DNA of 27,276 nucleotides from Candidatus Diapherotrites archaeon CG08_land_8_20_14_0_20_30_16. Lineage in GTDB: Archaea > Iainarchaeota > Iainarchaeia > Iainarchaeales > 0-14-0-20-30-16. Positions 1 through 7,346 of this stretch are shown in pieces; position 1 is the stretch's first letter, and every line of letters starts with the position of its first letter. The translations under genes were made by a program, and so were the position numbers. The stretch covers positions 1 through 27,276 of the forward strand of contig PEXK01000029.1 in the NCBI GenBank assembly GCA_002779075.1, in the 5' to 3' direction. Under the pieces are notes generated by a model that saw only the letters and a list, made by a program, of their open reading frames with translations, searched no databases and was not told the origin of the DNA.

Positions 1-2
1 AA

Positions 3-176
3 GATAGATTAGAATCTATAGTAGTTAATATAGAAATAGAACCACAAGTGTTTGCAAAAAACAAATATACAGCTATTACTTATTCATCTCTATCAGTACA
101 CAGTATGTGTGGAAGGACATATTCTCAAGCTGGAAATTACCGTTCTTGTGATTGGGGTGGACAAGGAGGTTGTTAA
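3..176 (+). CDS. C-terminal fragment of an unidentified protein (CDS enters from upstream of the window)
   Basis: Frame 3 is open from the window edge to TAA 174-176 (...YSQAGNYRSCDWGGQGGC*). No family recognised. Followed by a hairpin and a T-rich tract. Confidence 0.3.
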   Translation, partial: DRLESIVVNIEIEPQVFAKNKYTAITYSSLSVHSMCGRTYSQAGNYRSCDWGGQGGC

Positions 177-190
177 AGCAACCTTTCCTT
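163..190 (+). terminator. Stem-loop overlapping the stop codon, followed by a T-rich tract
   Basis: GGTTG(168-172)/CAACC(179-183) with an imperfect AAGGA/TCCTT extension. It sits at the end of the upstream CDS, about 230 nt before rpl3. Confidence 0.35.
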
Positions 191-417
191 AATTATAATT
201 AAAAATCAAATTCTATTATCAAATTATGAAGTTAGATTATTAGTTTATAAATCTTTCCTTCTATATTATTAATATATTATTTGAGTTGGGACTCAGATAA
301 GAAATTCGATTTCTTGATTTCAAGCAATTTTTGAAAACAGTTTGTAAAAAAAGTCTTTTTTGCATAACATCAGTTTCTTAATTGTATTATGTTAAGTATA
401 ATAAATAAGGTGTATAA

Positions 418-1425
418 GTGGGAAAAATAAATAAACCGAGAAGAGGTTCTACTGCTTACTATCCTAAAAAAAGGGCAGAAAGTATAGTCCCTAAGTTTAG
501 AAGCTTAGTAATGCCTAAGGACTCGCAAGATAAAGTTAAGGTGTTGAATTTTTATGGTTATAAGGTTGGTATGCTTCATGTTATGGGCCTAAATAAACAC
601 AAAGGTTCACCTTATCAGAACCAAAAAATAGCAATACCAGCAACTGTTTTAGAATTTCCATCAATTACTGTTTATGGTCTAAGATTTTACAATACTATCA
701 GAACAAAGAAAATTTGTTTGAAGGATTTTGTTTTTACATCAAAACTAAATAAACACATGCACAGAAGAATTACAGGAATAAACAGAGCTAAAGAAAAAGG
801 GGACCTTCTTAAAGGAATGATAGATTTTTTTGATGCTAATAAGCAAAATATAAAAGAAGTAGCATTAATTTGTCATACTCATCCTGAAAAAACAACAATA
901 GGAAAGAAAGCACCAGAAGTAATTGAGCTTTATCTTTCAGGCAAACCAGAAGAGCAATTGATATTTTTCAAAAATCAGTTAGGCAAAGACCTGGAGATTA
1001 ATGATTTTATTTCTGAAGGAACATTTGTTGATGCTAAAGGAATAACTATTGGAAAAGGATTCCAAGGTGTAATTAAAAGGTTTGGTGTCAAAAGAAGACA
1101 TCACAAATCTGAGAAAGGTGTTAGAAAAGTAGGTTCAATTGGTCCGTGGCATCCACCAACAATTATGAGCACTGTTCCAAGACCTGGACAATTAGGTTTT
1201 TTTAGCAGAGTGCAGTTAAATCAAAAGTTGTTAAAAGTATTAGATGCTGAACAAGCAAGTCCAAAACAAGGTTGGGAAGGTTATGGTGCAGTAAGGAACA
1301 AAGTAGCTTTGATTTCAGGATCAATTCCAGGACATGTTAAAAGGTTGGTTGCATTAAGACTGGCAATTAGAAAGCCTAAAGATATCAAAACAGATTTATC
1401 TGAAATAACAAATATTGTACTCTAA
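418..1425 (+). CDS. rpl3: 50S ribosomal protein uL3
   Basis: GTG start 5 nt after AGGTG. MGKINKPRRGS... N-terminus and FQGVIKRFGVKRRHHKSEKGVRKVGSIGPWHP core are typical of archaeal L3. Confidence 0.95.
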   Translation: MGKINKPRRGSTAYYPKKRAESIVPKFRSLVMPKDSQDKVKVLNFYGYKVGMLHVMGLNKHKGSPYQNQKIAIPATVLEFPSITVYGLRFYNTIRTKKICLKDFVFTSKLNKHMHRRITGINRAKEKGDLLKGMIDFFDANKQNIKEVALICHTHPEKTTIGKKAPEVIELYLSGKPEEQLIFFKNQLGKDLEINDFISEGTFVDAKGITIGKGFQGVIKRFGVKRRHHKSEKGVRKVGSIGPWHPPTIMSTVPRPGQLGFFSRVQLNQKLLKVLDAEQASPKQGWEGYGAVRNKVALISGSIPGHVKRLVALRLAIRKPKDIKTDLSEITNIVL

Positions 1426-1450
1426 ACAGTACAATTTATGTGTTAAAATT
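1422..1450 (+). repeat. Family B intergenic repeat, copy e (forward)
   Basis: CTAAACAGTACAATTTATGTGTTAAAATT. The rpl3 stop TAA (1423-1425) is the TAA of the motif core. A local hairpin ATTGTACT(1414-1421)/AGTACAAT(1428-1435) has loop CTAAAC. Confidence 0.5.
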
Positions 1451-1540
1451 ATATGTAGATTGTGCATTGGAAAATAGTATAATTTATATGTAAATATTAT
1501 ATTATAATTATATATTGAAAGAGATGTAAAAGGGATAAAA

Positions 1541-2347
1541 ATGGAAGTTAATATTTATAATTTAGAGGGTGCGGTTACATCAAAAACAAAATTGCCAAAA
1601 GTATTTGAAACACCTTATAGACCTAGAATTATTGAAAGAGCAGTATTGGCTGCAGAAAGTGCAAGAATCCAGCCAAAAGGGCCAAGTCATAGCAGTGGAA
1701 GAAATACAACAGCAGTTTATATTGGAAGAAGATCAAGACCAAATTCTTTAATGAATAAAGGAATTGCAAGAAAACCAAGAACAAAGAACAGACCACATTT
1801 AGTTGAAGGTACTGTTAAAGGAATTCCAGGAGTTGTTGGCGGTCCAAGAGCTCACCCTCCAAAACCAGGTGCTATTGCAAAAGAAGAAATAAATAAAAAG
1901 GAAAGAATATTAGCTTTGAAAAGTGCAATTGGTGCATTAACAAATAAAGAGTTGGTAGAAAAAAGAGGTCATAATTTTAATAAAGATTTGACTTTGCCAG
2001 TAGTTTGCGTTGAAGAGGTAGAAAAAATATCTAAAACAAAACAAGTCTTGTCCTTTTTGAAAAAATTGGGCTTAGATACTGATATTGAAAGAGCAAAAAA
2101 CAGAAAAAATATAAGAGCAGGAAAAGGTAAAGCAAGAAATAGAAAATATAAAAGAGCAAAATCAGTTTTGTTTGTAATATCAAAAGAAAAATTGCCACTA
2201 CAGAAAAGCGCAAGAAATCTAGAAGGCGTGGATGTTGTTGCATTAAAAAATTTGAGTACAAGAGATTTATGCCCCGGTGGAAGAGCAGCAAGATTAACAG
2301 TGTTTAGTAAAAGTGCAATTGAAAGCCTAGACAAAAGATTTAGTTAG
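1541..2347 (+). CDS. rpl4: 50S ribosomal protein uL4
   Basis: Position after rpl3. Archaeal L4-like sequence (RPRIIERAV..., GRRSRPNS..., IRAGKGKARNRKYK). Confidence 0.93.
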   Translation: MEVNIYNLEGAVTSKTKLPKVFETPYRPRIIERAVLAAESARIQPKGPSHSSGRNTTAVYIGRRSRPNSLMNKGIARKPRTKNRPHLVEGTVKGIPGVVGGPRAHPPKPGAIAKEEINKKERILALKSAIGALTNKELVEKRGHNFNKDLTLPVVCVEEVEKISKTKQVLSFLKKLGLDTDIERAKNRKNIRAGKGKARNRKYKRAKSVLFVISKEKLPLQKSARNLEGVDVVALKNLSTRDLCPGGRAARLTVFSKSAIESLDKRFS

Positions 2348-2386
2348 AGGAAAATTAGAAGTTTAGACATAAAGAAGGTTGAGAGA

Positions 2387-2641
2387 ATGGAACATACAAT
2401 ATTTTATCCTTTGATTTCAGAAAAAGCAGTAAGTATGGTTGAAACAGAAAACAAAATAATTTTTATAGTTAATCCAAAAGCAACAAAAGTGCAAGTAAAA
2501 AAAGCAATTGAAGAAACTTATAAAGTGAAAGTGGATAATGTAAATATTTTGGTGGATGCAAAAGGAAGAAAAAGAGCAATAGTTAAACTGAATAAACAGT
2601 TTAAAGCAAGCGAACTGTCAAGTAAGCTTGGCATGATATAA
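2387..2641 (+). CDS. rpl23: 50S ribosomal protein uL23
   Basis: 84 aa, IISPLxSEKA-like N-terminus (YPLISEKAVSMVE), conserved position between rpl4 and rpl2. Confidence 0.93.
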   Translation: MEHTIFYPLISEKAVSMVETENKIIFIVNPKATKVQVKKAIEETYKVKVDNVNILVDAKGRKRAIVKLNKQFKASELSSKLGMI

Positions 2642-2650
2642 GGTGTTAAA

Positions 2651-3370
2651 ATGAAAAGATTAAAGGTGCAGAGAAGAGGAAAAGGAAGTCCTAGATACAG
2701 GGCAAAGAGAGATTCTGTTGCAAGAGTAAAGTTTCCTTTTAATTATACTCAAAAAAAAGTTGTTGGTGAAATAGGTGCTATTTTGCATAATAACGGAAAG
2801 AGTAGTCCTTTAGCTAAAATTATTTTGGAAGATGGCAGTTTTTTTTATGTTCCTGCAGGTGAAGGAACTTATTTAGGTCAAAAAATAGAAATAGGAACAG
2901 GTTCAGCAGCAAATTTAGGAAATATTCTTCCTATAGGTGAATTATTTCCTGGTTTCCCAGCATATAATATAGAGAATATGCCTGGAGATGGTGGTTCTTT
3001 TTTTAGAGCTGCTGGTGCTTTTGGTGAAGTAATAGGCAAAGAAGCAAATATTGTTTATGTTAAAATGAAATCAGGGGAGAAGAAAAAAATAGATCCTAAA
3101 TGTTTTTGTATTGTTGGTGTTGTTGCTGGTGGTGGAAGAACAGTAAAACCATTTTGTAAAGCAGGCAACAAACATTTTTTAATGAAAGCAAGAGGTGGCA
3201 GAATATACCCAAGAGTAAGAGGTTATGCAATGAATGCAGTTGATCATCCTCATGGTGGTTCTGGTCACAATTCAGCAGGTAGACAAAAGGTAAAACCAAA
3301 GAAGTTTGGAGCACCTGGTCAAAAAGTTGGTTTTATTGGTGCTAAACGTACAGGCAGGAGAAAGAAATAA
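2651..3370 (+). CDS. rpl2: 50S ribosomal protein uL2
   Basis: NAVDHPHGGSGHNSAGR signature. SD GGTG 5 nt upstream of the ATG. Confidence 0.96.
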   Translation: MKRLKVQRRGKGSPRYRAKRDSVARVKFPFNYTQKKVVGEIGAILHNNGKSSPLAKIILEDGSFFYVPAGEGTYLGQKIEIGTGSAANLGNILPIGELFPGFPAYNIENMPGDGGSFFRAAGAFGEVIGKEANIVYVKMKSGEKKKIDPKCFCIVGVVAGGGRTVKPFCKAGNKHFLMKARGGRIYPRVRGYAMNAVDHPHGGSGHNSAGRQKVKPKKFGAPGQKVGFIGAKRTGRRKK

Positions 3371-3373
3371 TAA

Positions 3374-3411
3374 CCCATTAGACAGATAAATTTTGTGTGT
3401 TGCTAGGATGT
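3374..3411 (+). repeat. Family B intergenic repeat, copy a (forward); 5' arm of the long-range helix around rps19
   Basis: CCCATTAGACAGATAAATTTTGTGTGTTGCTAGGATGT begins 4 nt after the rpl2 stop. It is complementary to 3906-3943. Confidence 0.75.
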
Positions 3412-3420
3412 AAGTGAAAT

Positions 3421-3478
3421 TATGGTCCAGTTGCTAAATTTCTTTCAGAAAAATCAAGAAATTTACAACAGTTCCATA
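3421..3478 (+). repeat. Family A hairpin, copy 1 (decoy SD-ATG hairpin upstream of rps19)
   Basis: TATGG(3421-25)/CCATA(3474-78) foot, A29/A70 mismatch, and a 12-bp A/T helix 3430-3442/3458-3469 with one bulged C. Preceded by GTGAAATTATGGT, which resembles the real rps19 RBS GTGATATTTATGGT (3494-3507). Confidence 0.75.
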
Positions 3479-3502
3479 AAATAAAAAACAGATGTGATAT
3501 TT

Positions 3503-3898
3503 ATGGTAAAAGATTTTATGTTTAGAGGTTTGACTTGGGATGAATTGCTTAAAGCAAACCAAAGTACTTTAGAAAAAGCAATGAATGCAAGAGCAAGAAG
3601 ATCTCTCAAAAGATCAAAATTTTTGGATAAAAAAATAAAGAGAGCAATTGTTGATAATCTTCAAGGCAAAGCGCCAGAGAAGCCAGTAAAAACACATAAA
3701 AGAGATATTTTAATTACACCTGATATGGTTGGTTTGAAATTTGCAGTGTATGATGGTAAAGCATTTCAAACAATAGGAATAACAAAAGAAATGGTCGGTT
3801 TCCCTTTAGGAGAATTTGTTGAAACAAGAAAAAGACCAAAGCACAGCAAAGCAGGAATAGGAGCAACTAGATCTTCTAAACATATTACTAAAAAGTAA
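3503..3898 (+). CDS. rps19: 30S ribosomal protein uS19
   Basis: S19-like core (ITPDMVGLKFAVYDGKAFQTIGITKEMVGFPLGEF). Start moved from GTG 3494, which lies inside SD GTGAT, to ATG 3503. Confidence 0.94.
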   Translation: MVKDFMFRGLTWDELLKANQSTLEKAMNARARRSLKRSKFLDKKIKRAIVDNLQGKAPEKPVKTHKRDILITPDMVGLKFAVYDGKAFQTIGITKEMVGFPLGEFVETRKRPKHSKAGIGATRSSKHITKK

Positions 3899-3905
3899 AA
3901 GAAAA

Positions 3906-3943
3906 GTATCCTAGCAACATATAAAATTATGCTGTCTAGTGTG
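3906..3943 (-). repeat. Family B intergenic repeat, copy a' (inverted); 3' arm of the long-range helix around rps19
   Basis: Its reverse complement reads CACACTAGACAGCATAATTTTATATGTTGCTAGGATAC, about 30/38 identical to copy a. It begins 8 nt after the rps19 stop. Confidence 0.75.
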
Positions 3944-3957
3944 ATAATGGTGAAATA

Positions 3958-4611
3958 ATGAAACAAGCATATTATAAATTAAAAGGGAATGATGCTATTG
4001 CAAGAATGTATAATTGTCCAATTTCTTTGAAATTTTCAATAGAGTTAGCAAGGGAAATAAAAAGCAAGCCATACAAAAAAATATTGATATATTTAGAAGA
4101 TATAATTAATTTGAAAAGACAACTTCCACTAAAAAGATATAATCAGAATGTGGGGCATAGAAAAGGACCAAGTATTTCTGGTGTGAAATCAGGAAGATTT
4201 CCTGTAAAGGTTGCAAAACAATTTAAAAAAGTTTTGGAAATGGCAAAATCAAATGCAGATTACAAAGGATTAGAATCTGAGAAAAAGGATTTGATAATTA
4301 AGGGTTGTGTTGTTTCTCAGGGAATGAAAAGATATTCTTTCCAAACAAAAGGTAAAAGACGTTTGAGAAGAGATCAAACAACAAGCTTAGAAATTGTTTT
4401 AGTTCAACAAGGTAAATTTGTAAAGAAAATAGAACCTAAGAAAGAAGAGATCAAAAAAGAAGAAAAGAAAGAAGAAAAAAAGCAAGAGGCAGAAAAATTA
4501 GAATTAAAAGAAGAAAAAGATTCTAAACAAGAAGCCAAATTGACACAAAAAGAACAAATTGAAGAACAGAAAAAAATATTAAATAGAGAGAGACAGAAAA
4601 GACATGAATAA
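3958..4611 (+). CDS. rpl22: 50S ribosomal protein uL22 with a Lys/Glu-rich C-terminal extension
   Basis: Archaeal L22 core (ISLKFSIELAREIK..., GRFPVKVAKQFKKVLEMAKSNA). SD GGTGA lies 4 nt upstream. The last roughly 70 aa are K/E low complexity. Confidence 0.93.
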   Translation: MKQAYYKLKGNDAIARMYNCPISLKFSIELAREIKSKPYKKILIYLEDIINLKRQLPLKRYNQNVGHRKGPSISGVKSGRFPVKVAKQFKKVLEMAKSNADYKGLESEKKDLIIKGCVVSQGMKRYSFQTKGKRRLRRDQTTSLEIVLVQQGKFVKKIEPKKEEIKKEEKKEEKKQEAEKLELKEEKDSKQEAKLTQKEQIEEQKKILNRERQKRHE

Positions 4612-4630
4612 TAGTTAAATAGTGATATTA

Positions 4631-5596
4631 ATGATAGAAAAATATTTTGTTAAACAAGCAATCAAAAAATTAGATTTAGAGAGATTCTTTGAAAAGCATT
4701 TTGCAAGAGCAGGATTTAATTCATTGTATATTGTGAAAACACCAGTATCTACTAGATTAGTTGTTAGCGTTGCAAGACCAGGTATTGCAATTGGATATAG
4801 CGGAAAAGCAATTAAAGGAATAGGCCAAATTGTCGAAGAGAAGTTTGGAATAAAAAATCCACATATTGAAATAAAAAGTGTTGAAGATCCAGAATATAAT
4901 GTAAAATATATTGTACAAACAATAGTAAATGATTTGGAAAAAGGTATTAATTGGAAACAAGTGGCATACAAAGCAGTAAAAAGTCTTTCTGATATGCCAA
5001 TTATGGGTTTTGAATTGATATTTAAAGGAAAAATGATGTCTAAAGGTGGTAGAAAACAAAAGTATAGATTTGTTTCTGGATATTTGAAAGCCATAGGTGA
5101 CCAAACTAAATTGGTTAAGCAAACAATGGCTGCAGCATATACTAAATCAGGAGCAATTGGTGTTAGATTGAGATTAGTTCCTCCAAATACTTTGTTTCCA
5201 GATAAAATAGGCGAAAAAGAAATTTCTAATGCAATTAAAGGCGATGTTAAAAAGATTATTATTGAAGATCTAACACAAAAAGAACCAGAAAAAGAATCAG
5301 AGAAAGAATTAGAGAAAAAAGAAAAAGTTGTTGAATACAAACCAGAGGAATCAAAGAAAGAGGAAAAAAAGAAACCTAAAAAAGAAGAAAAAGTTGTTGA
5401 ACCTGAAAAAGAAGTTTCAAAAGAGAAAAAACAAGAAGTAATAAAAGAAAAAATTGTTGAACATAAAAAAGAAACTAAAGAAGAAAAAAAGGAAGAACCT
5501 AAAAAGGAAGAAAAGAAAGAAAACAAAGCAGAAACAAAATCAATAAAGAAGGATGAATCTTTACAGAAAGATGTCAAAACGATTGCAAAAAAGTGA
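4631..5596 (+). CDS. rps3: 30S ribosomal protein uS3 with a long Lys/Glu-rich C-terminal extension
   Basis: KH-domain S3 core (VKTPVSTRLVVSVARPGIAIGYSGKAIK...). ATG 4631 follows GTGAT (4622-4626). The last roughly 110-120 aa are a K/E-rich tail. Confidence 0.94.
   Translation: MIEKYFVKQAIKKLDLERFFEKHFARAGFNSLYIVKTPVSTRLVVSVARPGIAIGYSGKAIKGIGQIVEEKFGIKNPHIEIKSVEDPEYNVKYIVQTIVNDLEKGINWKQVAYKAVKSLSDMPIMGFELIFKGKMMSKGGRKQKYRFVSGYLKAIGDQTKLVKQTMAAAYTKSGAIGVRLRLVPPNTLFPDKIGEKEISNAIKGDVKKIIIEDLTQKEPEKESEKELEKKEKVVEYKPEESKKEEKKKPKKEEKVVEPEKEVSKEKKQEVIKEKIVEHKKETKEEKKEEPKKEEKKENKAETKSIKKDESLQKDVKTIAKK
5321..5461 (+). repeat. Degenerate in-frame tandem repeat inside the rps3 tail
   Basis: GAAAAAGTTGTTGAA at 5321 and 5387, and GAAAAAATTGTTGAA at 5447 (periods 66 and 60 nt). 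These encode the EKVVE/EKIVE peptide repeats. Confidence 0.7.
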
Positions 5597-5602
5597 TTAT
5601 AG

Positions 5603-5953
5603 ATGTCAAAGAAAACAAAAGATTTGAGAATATTGGATATTTCTGAGTTGAAAATAAAATTAAATGAAGCAAGAGACAATTATACTAAAGAATTAATGAA
5701 ATCAAAAACAGGGGCAAGAACAGATAAAGCAATAAGCCTTAAAAATTTGAGAAAAAATGTTGCAAGATTGTTAACAATTATTACTGAGAAAGAGTTAGTT
5801 GTACTTAAACCAGCTTCTGTTGAAAAAAAACAAGTAAAAAATACTAAAGAAATTCCAAAGGCAGAAAAGAAAACACAATTTATAGTTAAGAAAAAGCAAG
5901 ATAGCAAAGAAGAAATTAAAAAAACACAGTTAAAAAATCAGATTAAAAAATAA
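5603..5953 (+). CDS. rpl29: 50S ribosomal protein uL29 with a Lys-rich C-terminal extension
   Basis: LRILDISELKIKLNEARDNYTKELMKSKTG... is L29-like. The rps3 stop TGA (5594-96) is embedded in the SD GTGAT for this gene. Confidence 0.9.
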   Translation: MSKKTKDLRILDISELKIKLNEARDNYTKELMKSKTGARTDKAISLKNLRKNVARLLTIITEKELVVLKPASVEKKQVKNTKEIPKAEKKTQFIVKKKQDSKEEIKKTQLKNQIKK

Positions 5954-5971
5954 AGGGGGATTTGAAGAACC

Positions 5972-6271
5972 ATGACAGAGATATGTTCTATATGTGGATT
6001 ACCAAAAGACATTTGTGTTTGTGAAAAAATAAACACAGAACAACGCAAAATCTATGTTGTTGAAAGACATGTTAAAGGACCAATGTTTGTAACTTTGGTT
6101 TCAGGTATCGAATCTTCAAAAGATATTGAAGTACTATTGAAGGATCTTAAAAAGAAATTAGCTTGCGGAGGCACAATCAAAAAAAACGAGATTGTTTTAC
6201 AAGGAAAGCATAAAAAGAAAGTAATAGATTTCTTTGTGGGGAAAGGTTATGGCAGCTCACAAATCTCTTAA
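5972..6271 (+). CDS. sui1: Translation initiation factor aSUI1/eIF1
   Basis: CSICGLPKDICVCE zinc knuckle plus a SUI1 fold sequence (KKLACGGTIKKNEIVLQGKHKKKV). Usual archaeal position after rpl29. Confidence 0.9.
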   Translation: MTEICSICGLPKDICVCEKINTEQRKIYVVERHVKGPMFVTLVSGIESSKDIEVLLKDLKKKLACGGTIKKNEIVLQGKHKKKVIDFFVGKGYGSSQIS

Positions 6272-6527
6272 TGAAAAATTATTTGCTGAGGTATATCTAG
6301 GAAAGAAAATAAAAGTGATTGCTTCAAGTGATATGTCTAAACAAGGTATTGAGGGCCAAATTCTGGGTGAGACAAAGAATTTGTTTTTAATTGAAACAAC
6401 AAAAGGACAAAAAAAAATACCAAAAAAAGAATGTGTATTTGAAATAGAAATAAATAAGAATTTTGAAATGATTGACGGAAAAAATATTTGTTATAATATT
6501 GCAGAGAGAATTAAGAAATATGGTTAA
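6249..6527 (+). CDS. rnp1: RNase P protein component 1 (Rpp29/Pop4)
   Basis: YLGKKIKVIASSDMSKQGIEGQILGETKNLFLIETTKGQKKIPKKECVFE matches the Rpp29 Sm-like core. Conserved position before rps17. ATG 6249 is preferred over TTG 6234. Overlaps the sui1 3' end. Confidence 0.85.
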   Translation: MAAHKSLNEKLFAEVYLGKKIKVIASSDMSKQGIEGQILGETKNLFLIETTKGQKKIPKKECVFEIEINKNFEMIDGKNICYNIAERIKKYG

Positions 6528-6563
6528 ATGGAATGAAAATAAGGACGAATTTAGGTGAAAGAG

Positions 6564-6830
6564 ATGGAAAAAAATTATACTGTAAGGGGAGTTGTGTTTG
6601 AAGGTGTTGTAATAAGACAAAAAACATCAAAGACAATAGTAGTAAAAAGAAGTATTGTACAGTATATACAAAAATATGAAAGAAGTTTGATAAAAACTGC
6701 AAAATATGCTGTGCATGTGCCTGACAATATTACAGTTGAAGTAGGAGATTTAGTATTAGTTGGAGAAACAAGAAAAATTAGTAAAACAAAAAATTTTGTT
6801 TTGATGAAAGTATTAAAAAGGTGTGCTTAA
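6564..6830 (+). CDS. rps17: 30S ribosomal protein uS17
   Basis: S17 core (GVVIRQKTSKTIVVKRSIVQYIQKYERSLIKTAKYAVHVP). ATG 6564 lies 5 nt after GGTGA. Confidence 0.93.
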   Translation: MEKNYTVRGVVFEGVVIRQKTSKTIVVKRSIVQYIQKYERSLIKTAKYAVHVPDNITVEVGDLVLVGETRKISKTKNFVLMKVLKRCA

Positions 6831-6845
6831 AGATTAGGTGAAATG

Positions 6846-7244
6846 ATGAGAGCAATGAGTGCTGAATCAGTAAGAGGATTAGTTTTAGGCTCAAGAATGG
6901 AATGCAGTGACAACACTGGTGCAAAAGTGGTTTATATAATTAGCGTATTTGGACAAAAAACAGTAAGAAGACAAATACCAAGTGCAGGTATTGGAGATTT
7001 GATTAATGTAATTGTATTGAAAGGCAAACCAGAAATGATGCGAAAAAAATTTAAAGCAGTTATAATTAGAAGTGTGATAGGTATGCGAAGAGCAAATGGC
7101 ACAAGAGTCAAATTTGATGGAAATGCTTGTGTTATTGTTGATGATGATGGAGTACCAAAATCTACTGAAGTTAAAGGTGTTGTACCAAAAGAAGTAGGAG
7201 AAAGATTTCCTAAAGTATTAGGACGTGCAGCTTACGTAATTTAA
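6846..7244 (+). CDS. rpl14: 50S ribosomal protein uL14
   Basis: SRMECSDNTGAKVVYIISV... is L14-like. ATG 6846 is 4 nt after GGTGA and ATG 6843 only 1 nt after it, so 6843 remains an alternative start. Confidence 0.93.
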   Translation: MRAMSAESVRGLVLGSRMECSDNTGAKVVYIISVFGQKTVRRQIPSAGIGDLINVIVLKGKPEMMRKKFKAVIIRSVIGMRRANGTRVKFDGNACVIVDDDGVPKSTEVKGVVPKEVGERFPKVLGRAAYVI

Positions 7245-7272
7245 AATTACCCAATGAATTTGATGTGATATT

Positions 7273-7327
7273 TATGGTCCAGTTGTAAATTTCCTCAGAA
7301 AAATCAGAAATTTACAACAGTTTCATA
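7273..7327 (+). repeat. Family A hairpin, copy 2 (upstream of rpl24)
   Basis: TATGG(7273-77)/TCATA(7323-27) foot, A81/A19 mismatch, perfect 11-bp helix TTGTAAATTTC(7283-93)/GAAATTTACAA(7307-17), loop CTCAGAAAAATCA. Flanked by a perfect 17-nt direct repeat at 7260-7276 and 7333-7349. Confidence 0.8.
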
Positions 7328-7346
7328 AATAATTGATGTGATATTT

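Noticed and set aside
290-330. Overlapping small hairpins upstream of rpl3 (AAGAAAT-TCG-ATTTCTT and CTTGA-TT-TCAAG), considered as an attenuator or L4-type leader.
   Set aside because: The stems are short and AT-rich, and one has only a 2-nt loop. I see no conserved partner elsewhere in the window and cannot distinguish them from chance in a spacer of about 20% G+C.
1569-1751. A 60-aa ORF in an alternative + frame inside rpl4. Other short internal ORFs occur at 2031-2291, 3096-3314 and 3766-3966.
   Set aside because: They are nested within or antisense to confidently identified r-protein genes, have no RBS, and are at the size expected by chance.
3389-3400. The family B motif as a simple BRE/TATA promoter, reading AAATTTTATGTG as a TATA-like element.
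   Set aside because: Inverted copies sit just downstream of genes, where a promoter would drive antisense transcription. The distance to the next start codon varies from about 29 to about 130 nt. A promoter or terminator contribution is not excluded, but it cannot explain orientation, pairing or stop-codon adjacency on its own.
3422-3484. Short upstream ORFs opened by the decoy ATGs of family A: 3422-3484 (20 codons), 7274-7288 (MVQL*), 15260-15310 (16 codons) and 20552-20590 (12 codons). These could be leader peptides.
   Set aside because: The peptide sequence and length are not conserved. Copy 2 stops after 4 codons and copy 3 is frameshifted relative to the others by a 1-nt deletion (MASY versus MVQL/MAQL). 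The nucleotide and structure features are conserved. They may still be translated, but a functional peptide is unlikely.
3494-3502. N-terminal MIF/MII/MIL extensions from GTG starts at 3494, 4622, 7338, 8409, 15323, 20070, 20613 and 21428.
   Set aside because: The GTG is part of the SD GTGAT, located 4-5 nt upstream of a canonical ATG. Ortholog-like N-termini begin at that ATG.
4615-5679. A 354-aa ORF on the minus strand, the longest antisense ORF in the track.
   Set aside because: It is the mirror image of rps3 and its K/E-rich tail. The translation is F/S/L-rich low complexity with no recognisable domain. The sense strand carries an unambiguous uS3 with a consensus RBS.
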